Below, piece by piece: positions 52,348-64,000 of a DNA stretch of 64,000 bases. The stretch spans positions 7,908,041 to 7,972,040 of the forward strand of contig NW_002060946.1 of NCBI RefSeq assembly GCF_000150275.1, in the 5' to 3' direction. The notes under the pieces are model-generated. The model did no database searches and was not told the DNA's origin. It saw nothing but the letters and a program-made list of their open reading frames with translations. The number at the start of each line of letters is the position of its first letter. Positions within the stretch are counted from its first letter, which is position 1. The DNA is from Trichoplax adhaerens (Eukaryota; Animalia; Placozoa). The position numbers and the translations under genes were made by a program.

Positions 52348-52935
52348 TTGTGATAAAATTCTCCAGAATATGTCTCAATATTAAATAGAGCCTAACACCT
52401 TAAACTGGTTGCAATAGATCACAGTGCCACACGTAATTGAAATACTAGGAATGTTGTCTATTTCAAGCGGTTTCTTCGAGATCAAATTCTCTCGAACACA
52501 CCACAGGTTTAGAAAGATATTACTGCAATCCACGAGCTAGTAACTAGAGAGAATAAAATTGATTTACGACACTCGTTTCCTCTATATATGCGGGAAAGTT
52601 CGACTAATAAAGGTGAGATCAAACACTTATACCTTAAACTGATTGCGATGGATCACGCTAGTAAACCCAATTGAAATAGTAAAAACATTGTTCTATCCTA
52701 AGTGTTTTTTGTGATAAAAATTCTCCTTAATGGGTCAAAACATTAGATTTTACTGCAACATATGAGCTGGCTGTTTGAAAGACCATGAAATCAGTTTCGA
52801 AAGAATAAATTGACTTCAGACTTTCATGTACTCCATTTTTGAGAAAATTCAACCAATAAAGGTCAGATCTAAATGGTTATACCTTAAACTGATTGCAATA
52901 GACCACAGTAGTAGGCGTAATTAAAACACTAGAAA
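52348..52935 (+). repeat. Degenerate tandem repeat, about 235-250-bp period, about 2.5-3 copies
   Basis: ACCTTAAACTG.TTGC.AT.GA.CAC at 52397, 52631 and 52881; AATAAAGGT.AGATC precedes the last two; TTGTGATAAAA(A)TTCTCC near 52348 and 52709. Confidence 0.75.
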
Positions 52936-54441
52936 TATAGCAGCATATTAAATTTCCATATATTAATCCAGTTATTCCGGGTCTGAGAGGATGAAAGGGG
53001 AAATTAGTAAAATTAAACATTGAAAATTGAAAGCGCGATACATGAGATACCTGCAATATCTAAATACTAGTTATATCACGTATAATTTGCTGTGTGCAGC
53101 TTCACCTTTTTTAGTGAAAGTAACCTCTTCTCATAATGCAAATTATCAAAAATAATTATAATATCACCAAATTAAAATGTTATGCTAAACTGAGTCAGCA
53201 TGAAACGCTAACTTCTATTGTGAATACATTACTGGAACAGCGTAAAAGCTGGATTTAGCATTTGCTTAAGAAAAAATAGATAAGAAAATAAATCTCGTTC
53301 TTCTTAAATCTCTACTCAATATCCATGCATTTGCTTAATATGTAGCTACACTCTATGCGACAAAACAAAACACGCAAACTGGGTGCCATTACACAATAAT
53401 ATTCTATTGAACTCGCGAGCATATATATTTAATGATAAGAAATACAGACTAGAGTATGCTTAGCAATACATACGAAAATAGTGTGTCCAATAGCATATTT
53501 CATCTTATGTTCTGCATGTCTGCATATAGGTTAATATTCCTTGCCTAATAACGCAAATGACGACTGCCATTTATTAAAATCATTGCAACGGCAAATTTAA
53601 AATTTGTAAATACGTATTCATTACTATAATTCAGTCGATTTTTTATTTCTTACACAAAATTCATTGCACGCTTGATGATATTCAAAAGTATGTGCAAAAA
53701 GAAAATAGTTGTATTTAAATATCTTTCTCGATAATTACTGCAACATATCGTTAGTTAACTAATTCTGAGGCTAACTGTAGATAGAAATGAATATCATATC
53801 ACTTACTACTATTGTAGTATCAAGAATCAATTACAAACGGTATAAAAATAAAAATTCAGTTTTACCAGCTATTGAAGTTAGGAAAGTATCATAATCTTAT
53901 TTCCTTCTTGATACCAAATTACAGTTTTAGATAAAGCTTATCAAATTTACCATTTAATGAAATCAGCAAATTAATTCTTGCAAAGAAATAAGTATAATGT
54001 TTAATGTTTATTCAGCCTTACTGACCAATGCCAGTATCGATAAGAGAATATGCGTGCTCTAGAATACCGTAATGTAGTGATTTCAGCTAATTACAGTAGT
54101 TTTGTGTAGGCAATACAGTGATAGCATACAGACACTACACATAATGAGACGGTTTACCGATGTATAATTTCACCGTAATTGATATCATTCTAACCATGTT
54201 AAAGTTTTGTTTACTATACCATCCGAAAAGGGCTAACAAGGGTATTAGGAGTAAAATAGAAAAATAAAAGAAAAAGAATTTTTGAATTGAAATTGTATTC
54301 GCTTCGGAAATATTGCATTTAAAATCCTGAAAAGGCATTAATGACTATTTTAGGATATAACAATCCTTTTCTGTGTCTTGATCAGGATTATAGCGTATAC
54401 TATGCAGTTTCTTCCTTGCTACATATCATATTTTGGAAATA

Positions 54442-54678
54442 TAGTATTAATTTCAAGATAACGTTATTACAATTTTGACCTTCGACCTGAAAATTTTACT
54501 CAGAAAAAGTTTAATCAATAACTTAAAATGATCTAAAACTACCGCAACATGTTTATTTACTAGTATTAATTTCAAGATTGCTTTACTATAGTTTCGACCT
54601 TCGACCTGAAAATTTTGCTCGGAAAGTTTTCCATCAAAAACTAAAAAATGGCTTAAAACTACTGCAGCATGTTTTTTC
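54442..54678 (+). repeat. Two-copy tandem duplication, 119-bp period
   Basis: TAGTATTAATTTCAAGAT at 54442 and 54561, each followed by GACCTTCGACCTGAAAATTTT and TAAAACTAC.GCA.CATGTTT. Confidence 0.88.
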
Positions 54679-57600
54679 AACAGCGCAAAAACAAAAAATA
54701 TTTACGGCTTGCGTGATCAACTACTAGATCGGAAGATGTTCTGTCGGAAGTGTCTAAATTTTCGACTTTGGTAGACAGTTTCATCATGACCAATTTGACA
54801 AAGGCATAATTTGGCGTGAGCCCAATTCATACCTGAAATGCTGAGATAGGAACTGAAACTTTTTGTCTAAATCAATGATGCACATATTGCTCGTACAATA
54901 GCTATGGATATCTTTAGGCATTGCGTTACTGAATGGGAATATAATTTTTCCCAAATTGCAAAGTATTTCATTACAAAATAATCCACCTATGATAATCTTA
55001 TAATTGAAATTTTCTTCATTCCAATTATCTGCATTGGGTTCATTCCATTATCTGCTTGCTTTCAACTAGCCTATTTATTTTGTCGTAGACAATAGCTATA
55101 GAGACAACAGTAATAGGCATCAGCATTTTATTAATGGCGATCGAAAATTTGTAGTCTGAATAAACGCTGCGGCATTAGTGCTTTGGAAATAGGTTATGCT
55201 CTACTACTGATAGAGGTCCAAATTATGCAGATGTAATCATGATAGCCAATAGATTTTCCCTACCTTATTGATATTGACATCGAACTACTTCATGTCTCAA
55301 TATTAATAAAATTCTTTAGACCGCGTCATGCTACCACTGATAGTGTCTTTTGATCTATCTCAGTAGCCTCAAACTCTCTTTAGCAATAATACATAATTTA
55401 TTATATCTGTAAATATCCATAATTCGAAATTGTTGAATAAAAATTGTCAGTACCACAAGCTGGTGGTCGAGCCTATTAATACTATAGCTATTTAAAGAAG
55501 CAAAAATCAGTAATTGCAGAGAATTAATTATAGTTTGTAAAAGCAAGGCATTAGCAACTTTATATTTCCAATAATTACTGTTAATTATTAATATTGTCTA
55601 CAAGGATTTATTGTTCAACTATAATAGTTACTAGATTACTGCAATAGCTGTCACTTTATCCTGTAGGTCAATACAAGTACGCTTATAACTATTTTGCAGA
55701 AAATAATTTAAGCATCATTAATGCTTAATAAAGATCCTTTACTATAACGCTGGGCTGATATCGATTTTTTTTCGTAGTCGTTGGCACTAGGCATTTAAAT
55801 ATTAACAATTTACGAGCTGAAGATTGATACAAAATCTACTTTTTTCACCAAAAAAAATGTATATAAGATATATATAGCTGGAGTGAATAAATAATCATTT
55901 AAATTATTTTATATTTTTTAGACAGTATCCTATCAATGGATAATATTAAACTACTAATTGTACGAGCGTACGTGATCTTTAAAAATAATAACAACGACGG
56001 CATAGTCTACCGATATTTACCTGTGGTCACGTTTACTATACTCTATTTAAAGTTACTTCAAAGAAAAAAATAGATATATAACCGTAGTTGCTTTCGATAT
56101 GAAACAAAAAGTATGTATCCTAATAATGAACTTCATGCTTTTAAAATAGCAATACATAGCTACAAATAGTCGCATGGCTAAATAACAAGCCATCATTCAA
56201 CTGGTGACCAATAAAATATCAAGAGCTGTAGTATATAAGTGGATTAGAATAATTCTTTGTATATTAAACAAATGTGGTATCAATACTCAATGACAGCCTC
56301 TCTTTCAGTCATTACAAGTAATTTTTTATGTATTTTAGTAATATGACACAACAGGCCAATATAATTAATGTATTTAGTAACCAATTTACCGCGTTTATTA
56401 CTAATATTTAGAAATGGAACGCGAATTGAGTCAGGTTAATGAAAAGCTACGGCAAAATATCTTCAGTTATATTTATAGAAATAAGAAATATTGCAATAAA
56501 ACAAAATAAATATCGACGTTTATAAACATGATACAATCATATATAAGATAAATTTAACGGTATAGAGTACCAATATCATCTTACGCTGGAATAAATGCCG
56601 CGACATCATGATTGATTAACTAAGTACGTAAAGCATCTTGAACATAAATGACTTTAGAAGTTGACCGTTAATATATATATAAAGACTAACACAGTAGAAA
56701 GAAACATTATATATCATAACAACCATAAAGTAATATATTTTAGGTGATTCTATTTCATTTTACTATATTCACGTAACATTTTCACAGGGAAAATGAGCTT
56801 AGACATTAGAACCGTAAATACTTTCTAATTCCAATTTTTGCAAACAATATTTTCTCTTTTCCTAATACAGCATAGACAAATGAGATAAGTATCCTTCCCA
56901 TTACAATTATACTTATTCCATACTAATAAGTAAAGCCCAGGAATAAACAATTGATATAGCTAGATGTAGTAACAACAATCAATTTTCGCTCATGCACAAT
57001 AAGCACAATGCTATAGACAGTCTATAATCAGGCAATACAATACTAAATTTAAAAAAATTCCACATTTTCGCTTGGAACAATTGCTATGCACTGTTATAAT
57101 TTTTATCGCTATTAAAAAAGCCCAGTGACAAACATTCGACGCAGTAAAAATTTAAGTACAATTACTAGTGTTCGTTCATAGACAATAATATGAAGCTTTC
57201 TAAAAGGAATAGGCATTATAGAATACTAAAATAGGAAAATATCTGTTTTATTTACGAATGTCTTAATCTACTATATTATTTGTAGACACAGTAAGATGCA
57301 GTTGCCTTATGAATTAATATAAAGCGTACCGGTACTCTATAATTTACTTGCTTAGTACTTGTTATATCACTTTTATTATTTAATATAGTAATTGATTTAA
57401 TTCTAAGGCATATTCAAATTTATTTAATTGCAATCCTATTTTACGGTGCTCGAGCCATCATCAAAGAATTTCCATATGTGGGTATACGAACAAGTTATGT
57501 GCAATGCATTTATCCAATTCATTATAGTTTATTTTGTAGAATTTGCAAGGGTATACGGGTCTACGCAAGCTCAAGAAACTACATCCTGCGGAATTTCCGT

Positions 57601-60600
57601 GAGATCTGTTGGTAATCAATATCCTTATCTGTAAGTAAAATAGTATCTACTCCATCAAGACTCGATATTTCTATCAACTGTGTAAGTAGCCTCTAAACTT
57701 TTAACGCTTTAAATTGATAGAATGGATCAATTAACCAAAACAGTAGTAGAAGTTAAAAACAGCTTTCTAGTAACAGACATTTTTTCTCGCTCTACATATT
57801 TTGCATTTATTCATGTCACCTACGTTAATTTTTCCGTAGAAATTGCATTTAAAGTCTTACTTTATATTGATTAAGGAACACTGTTAAAATTGATTAAGAT
57901 TAAAAGTAGTAGTCTTTAGAGCTGGAGTATAATTTTGCACCCGTTCTCTTGCCATTAATACTGTTACTGGTAAGCGGACATAAAGTAGTTCAAAGTACAA
58001 AATGGGTGAAAGCTCTATCTGTAGCATTACGGAATTGGGAAGTTGGGCGGAACAAATGTTACTTCAGTCATTTAGAGTAAATCTCTTATAATAGGCCTTT
58101 AGAAAGTTAAAAAAATCGACGCCATAATTCATTTTAATCATATAACGATACTTAGTAACTTGGTTCAATTTGTGCCATAGTTAGCGGTATAACAGTGACC
58201 GAATTTAGGAGACTGAATGCATTTAAGTAGTTCATAAACTGTCAAAGTAGTTAAAAAGTGTCAAATGAACTGTCATGTTTTATTTGGCATCACCACTTAC
58301 GTATCTATGCAAAGATAATATAACGCTATCACTTCATGTTTTTAATCTGGCTTTGCGATAGCTCGCTATACGTTTCTTCTCCCCTCACTGTATATCGTAC
58401 CATTCTTCTATCCCCACTGAATTGAGAATAGCGTCGCTAGCATTTACTAATAAAATATAACTGACAATGTCACCCCTAGTCGTTAATCAATTTCCGGTAG
58501 CTATCGTGATTAATTACTTAACATTACAATAAAAGAGTCAATTTTTGCGTCAATCTAAGCACTCGTATCCTGATATGATTACCCTATCCGATCACCTAAT
58601 ATTGATACTTTTGCCTATTTTAGGATTGACTTCTACAGAACCACATCAAGCAGTATAATTAGCGTACCAACTGTCGACTACTGTAACATTTATAGTTGTA
58701 GTATTAAAAATGGACAAAATCACACTTAAATCAATGGTAACAACGAAGTATAAAGCAATTTTTGCTACGTGACTGGATAATTGTATTTCTTTTAGTGCGA
58801 ACCAATTCAATTCTAAATTGCGTATGCTTAAAATATTTACGCAATTCTAATCTGTCATACCATTATTTTGTTTTGATTATAAGTCGCCATTTTAACCAGC
58901 ATTTAAATGAATATGTCCGTGTAAATGGAGGTACGCAATTTTGATCGATGCTTTTCTCTAGGCGGACATTCTGACATTAGAAAAATGAAAAGAGAAATTT
59001 CGACAATAGACCTTGTTCATTATTCTATAAATTGTAGACTAAGGATGACTAGTAAATCACCCTATTTATTTTAACCTCCAATCTAGCTCTTTACTAATTA
59101 TTATGAAATTAACAAGTATCCTTGACATAACCATTCTTGCCACTGCTCCTTTTCTCTACCGGATCTTCAATACCTATATTACTTAAAATAATACAAGATA
59201 GCCTGTAAGCTATATGATAAAACTGAAAGCCTTTGATATACTTTGAAAAAAGGCTACCAACGAGTGTTTGATTTATGGTTCGTCCGGTAAGTTATATTTC
59301 CATAACATGAGAATACTAGAAGCCAGCAACCCAGTAAGATATCCAAAACTTTGGGATAGCTGAAATATTAAATTAAAATAGTTACTCACCAACTATTATA
59401 TAAAATGAGACAATGGCTTACTTAAAATGAGATAATAGGTCACGATAATCACGATATAAATAAATAGATATCACTTTGACATCGCCCATCTGTCAATACT
59501 ACCCATCTCGTATATGCTAAATAGTGCAGAATATATCAAAGTATGTAATTGTTCTTGATATTGAAGGATATAAATAATTTATCACCGCTTTTATATTGAT
59601 GTATGCGTCAATAAATAATCTATCACTGCAATCAATAAAGTAGATTTTCTAATTATTCCATATTACTATAAAAATCGAATAATGAAATATGTCACGCATA
59701 AAGGCTTGCTGGTCTGAATGTTATATTATCCTTTTACAGGTTATAAGACAATTTAATGTCAGTGAAATGGTTGTTTGACGCTACTATTGAACTATGACGA
59801 TGTAATATTTCCTTCCTATAAATATAGGCTAATATTATGATTAATTACTATTTTGGAACGATTTGTACATTGCCGTGAATACCACATCCTAACTTATATT
59901 AAATGAATCATTTTTCTAGTCAAAAAGGTAATGCGCTTACTTGCCTGTCACGGACTACTCTCCTGTCAAAAGATAAAGTTTAGTATTCTTCTCTTCTAAT
60001 TTATATAAGTTACTACACTAACACTACCAATGCTATCTTATTCGTGAAAACTACAAAATCGGTTAACAATGAGCGAATTCCACAATTACGTACAAGTTAA
60101 TAATATAATTAAAGTTTAGTCAACCTAACCTATGTTGGCAGAAATCTACTAAAACACAAGTACTTAATCTATAGTACTATTCTTGGTGTATTTGTACCGT
60201 GACATTACCAGAAAGATATTTATTACTATCTTCATTTACTGTACAGTAGACTATTTTTTGAATTAAAGTGAAAATAATCCTCTTACCAAGAAAAATCGAG
60301 CGTAAATTGTATATAAACTACTTTCAATGATAACATTTTCAGGAAACTTCGAGGTGTTATAGCATTATAACGGCTGTAAATTATTCTCAGCTTTAGAATC
60401 CATTACGTTAAAATTTGTGAACACGTCTCAATCAAATAATATTGGATTATTATGAAGTTATAGGGAGTACGGTAGTATCTGTAAAAATGTTAATACGATA
60501 AACTAATCTGATTAAACTTCTAACTTTCACCTCAAAAATTCGCGCGCAAGTACCTACCCTTGTAAGCCACAACGACACTACGCAATTGAAAATTTTCTTG

Positions 60601-63600
60601 CCTACGGCAAACTAATTCCTACAATTAAATATTGGGTCATTTTAAGAAATCGGATTTGATCATCACAACGAGATTACCTTCCTTGTCAGTTTTTACCAGA
60701 GCTAATCTTCTGGCATTTAATTACGAATTCAGCTTTTCCAATATTTCTTTCTAGTACAATGCAAAATTACTTCCGTAGCATATTATACAATCTTTCAAAG
60801 TATTATATATTCTATAATATTATACCTATCGAATAAAATGATCTAAAGGTATAATTTTGATAGAACATCACTAATACTACTCTTAACGCTTTTCAGTATT
60901 CTTCATTTTTAAATTGTTGACGCAAATCATGATCATTAGCAAAACTATCATTTACCAGGTAATTGATGATGTGTCTTATAGAATAAAAGATGTTAGTCAG
61001 TCATGTTTCCTTAAGTCAAGAAAATATGAGATAAGAATGATATTCGTCTGTATTAAGGTTAATTGGGTAAGAAACTGTTGATTCTAAATTGGAGCCTTTC
61101 ATTCTTAACGGTCAATGAAATTAAGACATGTTAACAATTGACTGCGACATAGCACGTGCAATGATCATCTTGTAGACATTCATTTGACAGTAAACAATTT
61201 ACTACATTCTATAATTGCGTGTCAATTTTACTTGTAATTGTCCACTGCTCAATTTCATCATGAGTTCGCATTATCAATATTGGTTATTTTTGTTTGTATT
61301 TTCTTAATTTTTGATTACAATTAAAACCCACGCATTCTTGACTGATTGCGTAGTATTTAAATCTTGCAATATCATCCAAATACAGTAATGAAATGTAGAT
61401 TTACCGTTTAAATAAGTGATTATTCTATAGTCCATTAGTTTTTAACAAAAATATAGTACTATTTCTATCCCTAGTGTGAACTAGTCGCACGATAGTTAGT
61501 CACCCAATATAGCGGGTTAAAAAGTGTTTATTACTTAATAAAATTATTGTGCAATATTACTGCAATAGAAATAAGTTTAGGTAAATTACACAAAGCTAGC
61601 TTTCGGGCTAGCCGTTGAACTCCCTTCTAAAAGAGTCAACCGTTCTTTTTATCCTCTATCTTTAATTTTTGCCCATTACTGCAACATTTATCTATCTCAT
61701 GATTTATGATTTAACACAGAAAGTAAAATAAGACAATCCAAAAGTTATGTTATTATCAATCAATATCAAGTCGGGCGTAAATAAATACGGACGTTCGCGG
61801 TAATATTAAGATATCGACTGATAATGCGGTATAGGCAATCCGATTTACTACAACACCAACTCCTAGATGAAGTAACCACTATCACATCGATTTATTTATA
61901 TGAATAGCATCAGTAATTTTATCATCGGCAATAAAATTCTATTATTTGTAAAATAACAACAATAAATTATCCAATAATATAATGCGTCAGCGATTACTAA
62001 TATTTTATTTAAATGCTAGATTTTATTTTATACATTAATTTTGAAAGGCATGTGTTGTGAAATTGTGTAGGTTAGATTGCACTTTATCTTTTGCAATGCT
62101 TTATAGTACAGTAGTATTAAATTTAGACCGGAATTCCTTGCTCTACGAGTACTCGTATTTTGTGCCGAAGAACCACCAACATTGGCGGAAGCCTTTGAAA
62201 GAGAAGATATAATTTCCTTTTACTTTTCTATTCATTTTAAGTAGCAGCCCTTGCTTTCAAGCAGTTTCCTCCTACTGTTGTAAGCTAAAATCTTGTATGG
62301 CAATGCCAAATGATCATGTAATCATGGTTAAGATTTTATTTGGTCTATAAGTGAAAATATTGTTGTAGGGTATAGTTCATCTTTCTCCTATTAACTTCAA
62401 TACAATAAGATATTAAAACTTTATAATATGACCAATTACTATTCGTATTTATTTTCAGTTTTAAAATATCAGTCATTGTCAAAAATATATGGCTAACATC
62501 TGATTATCTTAAATTAAAAGTTAATCCAAGAATTACCAAGACAAGGCTATTGATCCTTGCAAATACTATTAAATCATAAGTGGAAGATTTCATTGGATGT
62601 AGCTTATTCATAAATGAAATCGTATTCAAATTTATGACTATATTACTGCGTAACACCTTCGTTATTATATATCATAACTAAAACATTGACATTACAATTA
62701 GAAGACTTATCATATTAATTCAGATTCATGGCTAATCTAGTAAATTCTTAAAAGACAAAATGATGTTAAACCAGCATTGAATGTATTTTACTTGCAAAGT
62801 TATATCGAATCTACAGCGCTCTATAAACTATAAGAAATGCCCATTTCTACAGCAACGAAACAGGAAAAAATCTTTTTTTAGACAGTAGGTATAATATTTA
62901 GAAGTTTTAATAAAAAGCAATCCCATACTACTATGCCTTAGAAAAACAATACAAAGGAAGTTCACTTTATCTGTAATGATCGTACTTCAGAATAACATTC
63001 ATAACAGTGTTTTATTTTAAATGTTATTCAACTCTAAGGATAAAGGATCTTAATAGGCATAATGCGCACAAGCCACAATTTACAGATATTACTAAATCTT
63101 GAGAAAATATTTCTAGCAAGAACTGTGGCATTGATATACTAGCCATGTATAGCTAATATTTTAAGGTTATAATTCACTAATTGAGACAAAGAAATTGATT
63201 ATTTTCGACATGAGACTTTGAATCAATTATTATGCACACTAGTACATCGATGCAAAATTCAGTACTGTGACAAGGATAATTTGAAAAAGCTTTCTGATCT
63301 AGACAATATAACACAAGATAAACTGAAACAGAGACGATACCTTCCGTTAGGAAGTTATATTCGTACATATCACGCGAGCATTATACCTGCACATTACAGA
63401 AATTCACATTAACTTATTGAATAGGCAATCAAGATAAATTTACGAGAATAAATTATTTTAATCGTAAATAATATAAAGCACCAAATAACGGAACTATTTT
63501 ACGTTTATCCTATCACAAATAGTATAAAATAGAAATTATCAATTGAATTGCTGAGTTGATTGATTGATCGATAATTATAATTAACTAAATCGATTATAAA

Positions 63601-64000
63601 TTTACTGTGCCCGGTACTAGTTTATCAACGATATTCAAGTCCATGACTAGATTATATCTGCGATATCAAGTACATCCTGACTGTTTCCACTAGGAAGAGC
63701 TGATAATAGAAGATAATGCGATATGAGTACTTTTAATCATAGCATGTTCAGTCCACATCAAGGTTAGGTTAGCTTTAATTAGTGCAGACAAATAAATATA
63801 CAATAGTTACTAATAGCATTTATGTCTTATTATTCTAAATTTACATTTATATATGGCGATTCTTTATCGCAACTACCATTCAGGAATAAAATTGTCTACT
63901 ACATGTACAAATTAATTACTGATACCTGATTAAAGGTCAATAATTTTAAAAATATTTTTAGCTTCATGTTGATTTATCTTTAATGAATCTATTTCCTGTA

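Noticed and set aside
57070-57470. Possible decayed GPCR (LPYELI ... AYSNLFNCNPIL at TM6-TM7-like spacing)
   Set aside because: It needs several stops and frameshifts, and AT-rich DNA readily gives such hydrophobic fragments; a tBLASTn hit would be needed.
62125-62245. Short frame containing EEPPTLAEAFERE, vaguely retroelement-like
   Set aside because: Too short, with no neighbouring domain motifs.

Overview
AT-rich eukaryotic (animal) genomic DNA. Short introns, intronless class A GPCRs and a long intronless 42-aa-TPR gene suggest a placozoan such as Trichoplax; this is inference. Genes: four rhodopsin-family GPCR loci (one a pseudogene that shares a 324-nt identical tract with its intact neighbour), a 4-exon AKAP7-type 2H phosphoesterase, an SLC35E4-like transporter, USO1/p115 (about 31 exons, two candidate U12 introns), RCC1L/WBSCR16 (one GC-AG intron) and a TPR-only protein of about 1137 aa. 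The most striking non-coding signal is nested TA-C[A/T]G-TA and TA-C[C/G]G-TA insertions, the same form as Tc1/mariner (Sleeping Beauty-type) excision footprints. They pile up in the promoter regions between divergent genes. A 7-unit, 143-bp tandem array upstream of USO1 acts as an internal control: one unit is 55 bp longer, and the excess is accounted for by about 11 such TA-anchored insertions. Also present are a solo LTR with a 6-bp TSD, a second possible LTR/inverted-repeat relic, a G-depleted island and several degenerate tandem repeats. No CRISPR array, rRNA or tRNA was recognised. Exon coordinates were read by eye.
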